From Malacoraja senta (taxonomy: Eukaryota), in assembly GCA_038087875.1 (NCBI GenBank), contig CM075990.1, forward strand, positions 2,172,001 to 2,236,000: a DNA stretch of 64,000 nucleotides, read 5' to 3'. Shown piece by piece: positions 38,015 to 50,323 of the stretch. Under the pieces are notes generated by a model, which did no database searches, was not told the DNA's origin, and saw nothing but the letters and a program-made list of their open reading frames with translations. The position numbers and the translations under genes are program-made. The first letter of the stretch is position 1. The number at the start of each line of letters is the position of its first letter.

Positions 38015-38346
38015 CTCCTATCACATGACATTATGACTGACTCCATATGCAAGAGTCGCCAGGAATTGGCACCATTTTCAAAGTCCCAGCTACAGCTGGC
38101 CATAAAGGCGGAGTAGACGATAGGCCGCAGTGGCCTAATTCTGCTCCTATAACTTATGAACTTAAGAAGAACCTCTAATAATTTGCTTCACGTACCTCAC
38201 ATGTACAGGGCACTTATTTCTCTGTATAGGAAAGAACTGCAGATGCTGGTTTAAATCGAAAGTAGACACAAAATGCTCGAGAATCTCAGCATCCATACAC
38301 CCACCACAAGCAGCACCTTTGGATAGAAGAAATGGGTGACATTTCG

Positions 38347-38832
38347 GGAGAGGGGGGGAGAGGGGGGGGGGAGGGGGGGGAGGGGGGGAGAGGGGGGGGC
38401 GGAGAGAGAGAGGGTAGAGGGCGGGAGAGAGGGAGAGAGCTGGAGAGAAAGAGGGGAGAGGGGGGGAGAGAGGGGAGGAGAGAGAGAGGGGCGAGGGGGG
38501 AAAGAGATAGGGGGAGGAGAGGGGGAGGAGAGGGGGGAGAGAGGGGGGGAGAGTGGGGAGAGAGATAGGGGAGGAGAGAGAGGGGCGAGAGGGGGAAAGA
38601 GATAGGGGAGGAGAGGGGGGGAGAGGGGGGAGAGAGAGGGGGAGAGGGGGAGAGAGATAGGGGAGGAGAGAGAGGGGTGAGAGGGGGGGAGAGATAGGGG
38701 GGAGGGGAGGGGAGAGAGAGAGGGAGAGGGGGGAGAGAGGGGGAGATGGGGGGAACAGAGAGCGGGAGAGGGGGGCAGAGAGAGAGGGGGAGAGAGCAAG
38801 GGGGAGAGGTGGGGAGAGATAGAGTGGGGGAG
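38347..38832. repeat. Low-complexity polypurine (G/A) tract
   Basis: ~490 bp of almost only G and A on the + strand. Confidence 0.97.
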
Positions 38833-38834
38833 AC

Positions 38835-40150
38835 TTTGTAGAGTCAAAGGGACATACAGCGTGGAAACAGGCCTTTCGGCCTAACGCCCACGCCAACCAA
38901 CATGCCACATCTACACTAGCCCCACTTGTCTGCATTTGGCCCATATTCTATAGGCCCCTATCCTGTCCATGTAGCTGTCTAAATGTTTCATAAGCATTGT
39001 AACAGTACTTGCCTCAACTACCTCCTCTGGCAGCTCGATCCATACACCCACCACTCTTTGTGTGTAAAAAAAGTTACCACAGAGGTCTGTATTAAATCTT
39101 TTCCTCCCTCACCTTAAACATGCCCTTTGGTTCTTGATTCCCCAACTCTGGGCAAAAGACTCTAAAAGTGCATTTACTCTATCTATTCCCCTCATGATTT
39201 TGTACACCTCTATAAAATCAACCCTCATTCCTCTGCGCTCCAGGCCAAGTCCTAGCCTGCTCAACCTCCACCCATAGCTCAGGCCCTCGAGTCCTGGTGA
39301 CATCCTCATAAGATGCAGGATAAAGAGAATAACGTTTTGTCTGATATATTTTGGCTCATCGGCCTTCATCTGTCAGAGCATTGGGTATAGAAGTAGTGTG
39401 GTCATGTTGCAGTTCGACAAGACGTTGGTGAGACCGCATTTAGAGTATTGTGTTCAGTTCTGGTCACCATGTTACAGGAAAGATGTTGTCATATCTGCAA
39501 ATGATTTGCCGAGATGATTTATGAGGAATATTTGATGCAAAATATTTCACACTATCTTGATACGTGACGATAATATACCACCACCAGATGTAGCATGGAA
39601 ACAGTCCCAGCCAGCCACCCATTAACACTCTGGATGTAAGTTTTCCCTCTTGAGATCCTGCTGTTTGATTAGAAATTGGCACAACATAAGTGGGCCCCAT
39701 ATCTGAGGAGAGATGTGCTGGCGTTGGAGAGGGCCCAGAAGAAGTTTACCAGAATGATCCCAGGAATGAGTGGGTTAACGTACGATGAGCGTTTGATGGC
39801 GCTGGGCCTGTACTCGCTGGAGTTTAGAAGGATGAGAGGGGGGACCTCATTGAAACTTACCGAATAGTGAAAGGCCTGGATAGAATGGATGAGGAGAGGA
39901 TGTTTCCACTAGTGGAATTTCTTTAGTCACAGGGCGGTGAATCTGTGGAATTCATTACCACAGAAGGCTGTGGAGGCCAAGACAGTGGATATTTTAAAGT
40001 CAGAGATAGATAGATAGCTTCTTGATTAGTACGGGTGTCAGGGGTTATGGGGAGAAGGCAGGAGAATGGGGTTAAGAGAGAAAGATAGATCAGCCATGAT
40101 TGAATGGCGGAGTAGACATGATGGGCCGAATGGCCTAATTCTGCTCCTAT
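38835..40150. mobile_element. Cluster of CR1 fragments (38835-39310 minus; 39350-39490 and 39690-40150 plus)
   Basis: CR1 ORF2 C-terminal motifs and tails. Confidence 0.82.
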
Positions 40151-40594
40151 CAAATGAACTGATGAACTTACAAACCTTTTCACAAATCCCCTTCTATTCA
40201 CGATACTTTGAGACATATAATCCTGCCTTTTATTGTGAGAAGTGTCGGAAGGAACTGCACCCGAAACATCACCTATCCTTTTTCTCCAGAGATGCTGTCT
40301 GACCCGCTGAGTTACTCCAGCTTTTTGTGTCTCTCTTGTGTAGATCAGCCATGATTGAATGGCGCAGTAGACGTGATGGGCCGAATGGTCCAATGAACTT
40401 AAACTAAACACTTCACCTGGTGCTCAGCTGACGGTTTGCACATGGTTTCAGAACATTCATGGAACTGTATAGTGTAGGAACAGGCCCTTCGCCCACAATA
40501 CCCATGCTGATCATGATGCTGTTATACTAGCCTCACTTTCCTGCAGGTGATCCACATCTCTCCATTCCCTGCACCTCCCATGTCCCAAGTATCA

Positions 40595-40986
40595 AGTCGC
40601 CAAGAGTGTTTTATTATCAAATGGCCCGAAACGGAACAATGAAATTGTCTCTTGCAGCAGCACGACAGATAGAGTAACAACCGTATGTATAAAAAATAAA
40701 TAAATAGACAAGAGTAGTTCAAAGTAAAAAATAATTCCCCAAGTTTATGTATTTAAGAACCTTTTTAGAGGTTGTAGTGTTCAATAGCCTGATGGCTGTG
40801 GGGAAGTAGCTGTTCCTGAACCTGGACGTTACAGTTTTCAGGCTCCTGTACCTTCTTCCCAATGACAGGAGTGAATTGAGAGCATGGCCAGTGTGGTGTG
40901 GGTCTCTGATGATGCTGGCTGCCTTTTTGAGGCAGCGACTCCTGTAGATCCCTTCGATTGTGGGAGGTCAGTACCCGTGATGGGCT
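40595..40986 (-). mobile_element. Rex1/Babar-type LINE 3' end
   Basis: Same family as 22376-22828 (aatagcctgatggctgtggggaag...cctgaacctggacgttacag). Confidence 0.75.
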
Positions 40987-42175
40987 AAAAGCCACTCAAA
41001 AGGCACACTCTGTTTCTGTCATAAGGTCATGTAATAGGAGCAGAACTAGGCCATTCGGCCCATCCGGTCTTCTCCGCCATTCAATCATGGCTGATCTATC
41101 TTTCTCTCTCAACCCCATTCTCCTGCCCTCCCCATAACCCCTGACCCCTGTACCAATTATGAATCTATGTATAAGAAGGAACTGCAGATACTGGATTAAA
41201 CCGTAGATAGACACAAAAAGCTGGAGTAACTCAGCGGGACAGGCAGCATCTCTGGAGAGAAGGAATGGGTGACTTTTCGTGTCGAGATCCGTCTATCTGT
41301 CTCTGCCTTAAAAATGTCCATTGACTTGGCCTCCACAGCCTTCTATGGCAAAGAATTCCACAGATTCGGGCAGTCACAGTGGCACAGCGGTAGAGTTGCT
41401 GCCTTACAGCAGTATGCAGCGCCAGAGACCCGGGTTCGATCCGACTACGGGTGCTGTCTGTATGGAGTTTGTACGTTCTCCCTGTGATCTGCGTGGGTTT
41501 TCTCTGAGATCTTTGGTTTCATCCTTCACCCCAAAGGCGTACAGGTTTGTAGGTTAATTGGCTTGGTTAATTGGCTTGATAAAACATGTAAAATTGTCCA
41601 AGTTGACGATATGCAGAGTACTGCCCTGCCGACTACAAAATTCAGAAGGTTCAGATTCACCACCCTCTGACTACAGAAATTCCTCCTCTTTAATTCTTTT
41701 AATTCTTTAACGTCCTTTAATTCTGAGGCTGTGACCTGTGGTCCTAGACTCTCCCACTAGTGGAAACATCTTTCCCACATCCACTCTGTCCAGGCTTTCT
41801 CTGGTCAGTGTGGAGTGGGTGGGAAGTGGAGGAGCTGAGAGCCTGGGGCAGTCATCGTTTGTGCTCGTGACCAAACACGCAGGGTGAGTCCAGCACCCTG
41901 CACGATCGATCGCTGTGTTTACTAACTGCAGCTGTCGACGCTGTAATAGGATCGGGTTTTATTTTGAGCTTGTTTTCCGCCCGATGAGGACACAATGGTC
42001 CAGGGTTTGCTAATTGAGGGACACCTTGTGATGTGTTCTGTTGGCTCGGCTTCATCCTTCACACCCGGTGAAGGCACCATGTTAGCAGAGACCTTGGTGA
42101 ACGATAGTGCTGACCTTCCATTCCCCTCCCTCTAGTTGCACTTTGTACTTCAATCCCAGGACAGAGGACCTTGGG

Positions 42176-42450
42176 TGGCATGGTGGTGCAGCGGTAGAGT
42201 TGCTGCCTTACAGCGAATGCAGCGCCAGAGACCCGGGTTCGATCCTGACTACGGGTGCTGTCTGTACGGAGTTTGTACGTTCTCCCCGTGATCTGCGTGG
42301 GTTTTCTCCAAAGACGTTCGAGTTTGTAGGTTAATTGGTAAATGTAAAAATTGTCCCTAGTGGGTGTAGGATAGTGTTAGTGTGCGGTGGTCGTTGGTCG
42401 ACACGGACCCGGTGGGCCGAAGGGCCTGTTTCCACGTTGTATCTCTAAAC
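42176..42450 (+). mobile_element. V-SINE, mirrored by 43825-44033 (-); a further copy lies at 41378-41600
   Basis: SINE motifs. Confidence 0.82.
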
Positions 42451-42549
42451 CTTCCTCTAAATTGTTCATCAAAGACTTGCGTTACTGACTTAGTTTGAAT
42501 GACTCTGTTCTATGCCACAGTATAGGTCAGTTCAAGATTGCAAATAGAT

Positions 42550-43402
42550 TAGAGATTAGATTAGAGATTCCTTTATTTGCCATTCAGACCTTTCGGTCTG
42601 AACGAAATTTCGTTGCCTGCAGTCATACATATAATAATAAATAACTAAACACACAATAAACACAAATTAACATCCACCACAGTGAGTTCACCAGGCACCT
42701 CCTCACTGTGATGGAGGCAAAAGTCTTAAAGTCTCTGTCTCTTCCCTCTTTGTTCTCCCTCTGCGCTGAGGTGATCCAGGCTTCTGACGTTGTGACCCCG
42801 CCGGGTGATGGTAAGGCAATCCCGCGGCTGAATCCGTGCTCCGTCCGCGACGGGCCGGTTCAAACTCCGCGGCCCGGGTTGGCCGAAGCTGCCGAAGCTG
42901 CCGCCCTCCAGTCCAGCGGACGCAGCTGTAGTTGCGGGAGCCCCAGAAAAACAGGTCACCCACCTGTGACCTGCGAGCTCCCGAAGATATCGTCCACTGG
43001 GCCAGCGGCCGAGCCCCGGATTCAGGTTGCCACCAGTGTCCTCGGTCGCCACCGCCGGAACGCCACCGCAGCCCCGAAGCAGGCCAGCCTCGAGCTGGTA
43101 AGTCCTGGCTCTGCCTCCGGAGCCTCGAGGTCGGTCGGTCGCTCGCAGTTGGAGTTGGAGGCCGGCAGCTCCGCCATTAGGCCTCAGCGCAGACGGAGGC
43201 AGAGAAGGGGGATACGACAAGAAAAAGTCGCATTCCCCCCGAAGGAAGAGACAAAAGTCATGTTTCACCCCCCCACCCCACACATACACAACCCAATAAA
43301 CTAACATTTAACTAAAACAGGACAAAAGAAAACAACAAAAAAAGTAAAAACAGACGGACTGCAGGCGAGCCGCTGCTGTACGACAGCACCGCCACTTACG
43401 GA
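42550..43402 (-). mobile_element. GC-rich non-autonomous retroelement with (ttagaga)n tail and 4-bp TSD
   Basis: Microsatellite tail and reversed aataaa at the left end. AGAT at 42546-42549 and 43403-43406. The empty site is visible in the mirror arm at 43655-43690. Confidence 0.6.
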
Positions 43403-45572
43403 AGATGCCTTTCTAAACGTTATTCCCTTTACCCTGTATCTGTACACTGTGGACGGCTTGGTTGTAGGACAGAGAAAGGAACGGAACAGCGATGGGAGTA
43501 AAGATCTCAGTGGCTGATAGTTAGTTTATTGTCACCTGTAGCGAGGTACAGTGAAAAGCTTTTATGGTGCGCGTTATCCAGTCAGCGGGAAGACAATACA
43601 TGATTACAGTCAAGCTGTCTACAGTGTACAGATACAGGATAAAGGGAATAACGTATAGAAAGGCATCTATTTGCTATCTTGACCTGAGCTACACTGTGGC
43701 ATAGAACAGTCATTCACACTAAGTCGGTAACCCAAGTGTTTGATCAACATTTTAGAGGAAGGTAATTTTTCAGAGTCATCGGGTGATTATTGATTTTAAT
43801 AACTACCTTAACACCATCTACTGTTTACACAATTTACAATTTTACCCAAGCCAATTAACCGACAAACCTGTACGTCTTTCGAATGTGGGACAAAACCGGA
43901 GCATCCAGGGAAAACATATGCGGTCAAGGGGAGAATGTACAAATTCCATACAGACTGCACCCGTAGTCAGGATCGAACCCGGGTCTCTGCCGGTGTAAGG
44001 CAGCAACTCTACCACTGCGCCACCGTGCCGCCCACAAATGGTCACGAACAGGTTCTGTTTTAACAGATATCCATGTTGGAAAATACACAAAAATCACACT
44101 GGTCGCCATGTTTTTTACAGTGTTGCAATGAGTGGTGTATGTCGGTCAATTAACAAGTACATTTATTTATAGGATGTGTAGGAAGGAACTCCCGAAGCTG
44201 GTTTAAACCGAAGACAGACACAAAAAGTTGGAGTAACTCAGCGGGACAGGCAGCATCTCTGGAGAGAAGGAATGGGTGACGTTCCGGGTTGAGCTAACAA
44301 TGATCTCTTCTACATGTTCCTTGATCTCCATTCCCTTTTTCCTTTCACACCTTACACTTCCTTGTCTATGTATCTCCCTCTCCCCTGACATCTGTCTGAA
44401 GAAGGGTCTCAACCCGGAACGTCACCCATTCCTTCTCTCAAGAGATGCTGCCTGTCCCTCATGAGTTACTCCAGCTCCTTGTGTCTATTTACATGTATTT
44501 ATAGACTTCCCCTGCCTGGTTACAATGGTACAGAATTGGGATGCTGTACTCGATGGCCGGCTTCAATGGGCATGAAGTACCAGTGGCTGTTACATTGTTT
44601 AATACTGTATGGTTGCGTAAGTAGCAATGGAAGCAATCTAAAGAAGGGTTCCGACGCCAAATCCTTTGACGTAAAGGATGTTGTCTAACTGATTGGGCTG
44701 CTCACAAGATGCCCCAACTTCAGACATTTGTATCGCCATCATCTGGAAGACAAAGCTGTGATTATTGTTTCATCACCCAGAGACCATTCACTGAAGGTGA
44801 AGGTGTAGAAGGAATTGTAGATATAAGGAACTGCAGATGCTGGTTTGCAAAAAAGGACACAAAGTGCTGGAGTGACTCAATAGGTCAGGCGGCATCTCTG
44901 AAGAATAGGGATAGGTGATAGAGTCGTTCAGTGTGGAAAGAGGCCCTTTGGCCCAACATGCCCACACCGGCCAACATGTTGCAGCTACACTAGTCCCACC
45001 TGGTCCAGATCCTCGTATGTTGCAAAACATACTTGGCAGATAAATTATGATTATTATCCCTCCAAATCTGTCCTATCCATGTTCCTGCTAACCGTTTCTT
45101 AAACGTTGGGATAGTCCCAGCCTCAACTACCTCCTCCGGCAGCTCGTTCCATACACCCACCACCCTCAGGTTCCTATTAAATCTTTCCCCCCCTCACCTT
45201 AAACCTATGCCCTCTGGGCAAGAGACTATTCCTCTCATGGAATGTGATGTTTTGGGTCGGGACTGAAGAAGGGTCCTCACCAATCCATGTTCTCCAGCGA
45301 TGCTGCCTGACTCGCTGAGTTACTCCAGCACTCTGTGTCTTTTCTTTCGTGAGAGATATTTTTCCTTTGCGCGTTGCTTAGAATGTAGAATGCACTGCCT
45401 CGTGTAGATTCAACGAGAAGCTGGAGAAATATTACAGGCAAAGAGCGGATTGAGGCGGACAGGATTGTTGTCTATAAGGTGAGAGGGGCAGAGTTTAAAT
45501 GAGATGTGCAGGGCCATGTTTTTACACCGAGGGTGATGGATGCCTAGAATGGGCTGCCAGGAGCGGTGGAGG

Positions 45573-46197
45573 CAATAGACAATAGACAAAAGGTGCAGGA
45601 GTAGGCCATTCGGCCCTTCGAGCCAGCACCGCCATTTAATGTGATCATGGCTGATCATCCCCAATCAGTACCCCGTTCCTGCCTTCTCCCCATATCCCCT
45701 GACTCTGCTATTTTTAAGAGCCCTATCTAGCTCTCTCTTGAAAGCATCCAGAGAACCTGCCTTCACCGCCCTCTGAGGCAGACAATTCCACAGACTCACC
45801 ACTCTCTGTGAGAAAAAATGTTTCCTCGTCTCCGTTCTAAATGGCTTACTCCTTATTCTTAAACTGTGGCCCCTGGTTCTGGACTCCCCCAACATCGGGA
45901 ACATGTTTCCTGCCTCTAGCGTGTTCAAACCCTTAACAATCTTAGGTACACAAAAATGCTGGAGAAACTCAGCGGGTGCAGCATCATCTATGGAGCGAAG
46001 GAAATAGGCAATGTTTCGGGCCGAAACCCTTCTTCAGACAATCTTATATGTTTCAATGAGATCTCCACATCCTTCTAAACTCCAGAGTGTACAAGCCCAG
46101 CTGCTCCATTCTCTCATTATATGACAGTCCCGCCATCCCGGGAATTAACCTTGTAAACCTACGCTGCACTCCCTCAATAGCAAGAATGTCCTTCCTC
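45573..46197 (-). mobile_element. CR1 3' fragment with a nested Penelope-derived arm (45945-46037, TSD acaatctta)
   Basis: LEAGNMFPMLGESRTRGHSLRIRSKPFRTE...GYGEKAGTGY. TSD at 45936-45944 and 46038-46046. Confidence 0.88.
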
Positions 46198-46709
46198 CTC
46201 TAGTGGCGTTTAAAATACTTCTGGATAGGCACTTGATTGTGCGGGGAATTAAGGGATTATGGGGTATGTACAGGTAGATAGGTGATTGTTTTGGCATCAG
46301 GTTTGGCACAGATATTGTGGGCTGAAGGGCCTGTTCTTGTGCTGGACTGTACTGTCCTATGTTCTACTAAATGGGTGGCTCAGAGGCACAGCTGATAAAG
46401 CTACTGCCTCACCGCACTAGAGGCCCCGATCCAATCCTGACCTCGGCTACTGTTCTCCTTGCGATGGTGTGGGTTTCTCACAGGTGCTCCGGTTTCCCCC
46501 CACATCCTAATTTAGAAAGTTGTGCGAGTCTGTAGGTTAACTGGCCTCTGTCAATTGTCACGAGGGAGCAGAGAGTGGATGAGAAAGTGGGATAGCGGAG
46601 AACTAGAGGGAACGGGTGATCAATGTGGGTCGAAGAGCCTGTTTCCACGCTGTATTTCTACAACTACAAACTAAGTGTCATTGTCAAAAACTGATGTGAT
46701 TATCGCTGC

Positions 46710-46737
46710 CTGAAGATGGGTCTTGACCCGAAACGTC
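46710..46737 (+). ncRNA. Candidate minimal type I hammerhead ribozyme core
   Basis: CUGAAGA-U-GGGUC-UU-GACCC-GAAA-C-GUC. Stem I pairing is weak. Confidence 0.4.
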
Positions 46738-47016
46738 ACCCACTCCTTCTCTCCACAGATGCTGCCTGACCCACTGAGTTACTCCAGCATTGTGTGCTTA
46801 TCTTCGGTAGGAACCAGCACCTGCGGTTCCTTCCTGACATCATCACTGATCTCTGTGGGATCTTGCTGTGTAAAGATTGTCTGTCACATGACCGGCTGCC
46901 TCTTGTGCGGAGTCCATGGGGACAATCTCCATGGGTGCTCACCTGCTCCCTCTGCTGGTCTCCAGCTCCACATGTCACAGCAACCCTTCAGGCCCCACAC
47001 AGCGACACTCACAATA

Positions 47017-47242
47017 GGTGTGTAGGAATGAATGACAGATGCCAGTTTAAACCCAAAATAGACACAGAAAAGCTGGAATAACCCAGCGGGACAGGCAGCA
47101 TCTCTGGGGAGAAGGAATGGGTGACGCTTTGGGTTGAGACCCTTCAGTCTGAAGAAGGGTCTCAGCCCGAAACGTCACCAATTCCTTCTCTCCAGAGATG
47201 CTGCCTGTCCCGCTGAGTTACTCCAGCTTTTTTTTGTGCCTA
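47017..47242. mobile_element. Penelope-derived hairpin element (subfamily B)
   Basis: Inverted arms meeting at ...cccttcag|tctgaagaaggg. Confidence 0.78.
47149..47176 (+). ncRNA. Candidate minimal type I hammerhead ribozyme core
   Basis: CUGAAGA-A-GGGU-CUCA-GCCC-GAAA-C-GUC. Predicted cleavage after 47176. Confidence 0.45.
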
Positions 47243-47703
47243 ACTTGGAATAGAGGAACAAGTTCCTGAGATGGAGAGATCACACCTCCAGGATTTTGGA
47301 CGGGCTCTCTGAAGTGCCTCTTTTTAGGCTGCAAAGGCGCTACATTCATGTTCTCTCTGAAGTTACTGGACTCTCGCCAAAACAATGAAGCCATGAGTTC
47401 AACGTCATTTTATTTGTATAAGCTGCAGGAATGAGCTGCTATATAACATCATAAACTCCACAGAAGTGCGTGCAGGAATCTAACTGTGTTGACTTTCCAG
47501 GGCACATATGTTGTACTTAGATACACGTTGGTACATTTCCTGTGTTGCTGACTGGTTATTGCAGAAGTACCTAGTGAGAATCCCACGTAACCTTCAAAGG
47601 CTATACTACTTGGAGACTACAAGGAACTAAGCAGATGCTGGAACCTTATGTTGACTACACTGGAGAGGTGGCACGATGGCACAGCGGTAGAGTTGCAGCC
47701 TTA

Positions 47704-48032
47704 TGGGCCTGTCCCACTTGCCGATTTTCTAGGCAACTGCCGGCGCCTGTCATAGTCGCAGCAGGTCGCCGAAAAGCTGGCGACAACCTACGTCATCCTT
47801 GCGTCAACCTACGACAGCACCTACGTCAGGAGAAGTCAAACGACGCTCATTGCCGTAAAAACCCACTGTCGCCCAAAATTTTTCAACATGATGAAAATTT
47901 AGCGGCGACCAGAATGGCGTTACGACTTTTTACGCGACTGAGGAGACGACTCCCGGAGACCACCGGCGAACTTGTGGCGACAAACTAGTCGCCTGTAGTT
48001 GCCTAAAAAATCACCTAAGTGGGACAGGCCCG
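47704..48032. mobile_element. PIF/Harbinger-type MITE inserted in a SINE head
   Basis: TIR gggcctgtcccactt / aagtgggacaggccc and TTA TSD at 47701-47703 and 48033-48035. Removing it restores the SINE sequence gcc-tta-cagc. Confidence 0.85.
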
Positions 48033-48711
48033 TTACAGCACCAGAGACCCAGGTGCTGACTACGGGTGCTGTCTGTATGGAGTTTGTACGTTCTCACCAT
48101 GACCCTGTTTTCTCCAGGTGTCATTCAGCGTGGAAACAGGCCCTTTGGCCCCAACTTGCCCACATCCCTCTAAACCTGACCTATCCATGTACCTGTCTAA
48201 ATGTTTCTTAAACATTGCAATAGTACCTGCCTCAACTACTACCTCCGACAAGTCGCTCTATACACCCACCACCCTTTGTGCGAAGGTTACCCCACAGATT
48301 CCAGTTAAATCTTTCCCCCTTCACCTTACACCGATGTCCTCTGGTCAAGAGAGAATGTGCATCTACCCGATCTATTCCTCATAGGAGCCAGAGTTCCGGT
48401 TTTCTCCCACACTCCAAAGACGTACAGGTTTGTCAGTTAATTGGCCGGTGAAAATTGAAAATTGTAAATAGTTCCTTAATGTTTAAGAAGGAACTGCAGA
48501 TGCTGGAAAATTGAAGGTAGACAAAAATGCTGGAGAAACTCAGCAGGGGAGGCAGCATCTATGGAGCAAAGGAAATAGGCAACATTTCGGGTCGAAACCC
48601 TTCTTCAGATGTGTTGGGTTGTTCTAGTGTGGGGGGATCGCTGGTCGGCACAGACTCGGTGGGCCGAAGGGCCTTTTTCCATGCTGTATCTCTAAACTAA
48701 ACTAAATACAC

Positions 48712-50110
48712 ATTGTGAGCAGTTTGGGACCCCGTATCTGAGGAAGGATGTGCTGGCGTTGGAGAGGGTCCAGATGAGGTTTACGAGAATGATCCCAGGA
48801 ATGAGTGGGTTAACACATGATGAGTGTTTGACGGTGCTGGGCCTGTACTCGCTGGAGTTTAGAAGGATGAGGGGGGGACCTCATTGAAACTTACCGAATA
48901 GTGAAAGGCCTGGACAGAGTGGATGAGGAGAGGATGTTTCCACTAGTGGGACAATCTAGAACTAGAGGCACAGCCTTAGAATAAAAGGGGGTACTTTTAG
49001 AAAAGAGATGAGACGGAATTTCTTTAGCCAGAAGGAGGTGAATCGGTGGAATTTATTGCCTCAGACAGCAGTGGAGGCTGTCATTGGGTATTGTTAAAGT
49101 GGCGTTGCCTCTCAAGTTCCTATTAAATCTTTCCCACCTCACCTTAAACCTATGTCCTCTGACTCTTGATTTCCCTACTCTGGGTAGAAGACTGCATTTA
49201 ACTTATTTATTCCTCTCATGATCTTACACGCTTCACCCCTCATCCTCCTGCGCTCCAAGGAATAAATTCCTAGCCTGCCCAACTTCTCCCTTGTGATTGA
49301 GGCAGTGCAGCGTAGGTTCACGAGATTGATCCCTGGGATGGCGGGACTGTCATATGAGGAAAGATTGAAAAGACTAGGCTTGTATTCACTGGAGTTTAGA
49401 AGGATGAGGGGGGATCTTAGAGAAACATATAAAATTATAAAAGGACTGGACAAGCTAGATGCTGGAAAAATGTTCCCAATGTTGGGCGAGTCCAGAACCA
49501 GGGGCCGCAGTCTTAGAATAAAGGGGAGGTCATTTAAGACTGAGGTGAGAAAAAACGTTTTCACCCAGAGAGTTGTGAATTTGTGGAATTCCCTGCCACA
49601 GAGGGCAGTGGAGGCCAAGTCACTGGATGGATTTAAGAGAGAGTTAGATAGAGCTCTAGGGGCTAGTGGAGTCAAGGGATATGGGGAGAAGGCAGGCACG
49701 GGTTATTGATTGGAGACGATCAGCCATGATCACAATGAATGGCGGTGCTGGCTCGAAGGGCCGAATGGCCTCCTCCTGCACCTATTTTCTATGTTTCTCT
49801 GTTTCTATGTTTCTATGGGTCGGTCCTGCCAACATCCTCATAAATCTTCCCTGCACCTTTCTTCAGCTTAACATCATCTTTCCTATAACAGGGTGACCAA
49901 AATGTACCAATGTCTTGGGCAATTTTAACATGATGTCCCAACTTCTCCACTCAATTACCCTGAGTATTGAAGGCCAACTTGACCGCCCTATCTACCTGTG
50001 ATACTACTTTCAAGCAACTGTGTACCTGCACTCCTAGATCCCTCTGCTCTACAACTCCCCAGAGCCCTGCCATTCACTGTGTAGGGCCCGCCATGGTTAA
50101 GCTTCCCAAG
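48712..50110. mobile_element. Nested CR1 cluster: 48712-49100 plus; 49105-50110 minus, containing a young plus copy at 49293-49815
   Basis: Uninterrupted 138-aa ORF2 C-terminus at 49293-49709 with a (tttctatg)n tail. The host copy resumes on both sides. Confidence 0.88.
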
Positions 50111-50323
50111 ATGTTTGTCTAGTTTGGAAATGAAACGGCAGCATGTTGAACACAGTGGGATCAGTGACCTTATTTCTGTGAGTTACAAGGTAGTTATGGA
50201 AAGGCATTACATTGGCTCTCAAGTTAAGGTCTTGAATTTGAGGAGAGGCTGATTTCAAAAGGATGAGAGAGGACTTTGTGGAATTAGTTTGGGAGCTAAC
50301 GGGTTAAAAACAATAGATATAGT

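Noticed and set aside
38162..38944. 260-aa Pro/Ser/Leu-rich ORF
   Set aside because: It is the reverse strand of the polypurine tract.
41810..41890. Splice-donor-like CAGG/GTGAGT
   Set aside because: An isolated motif with no clear acceptor or reading frame.
42708..43307. Overlapping 198-aa and 193-aa ORFs
   Set aside because: These are chance open frames in the GC-rich body of a TSD-flanked insertion, with no domain motifs.
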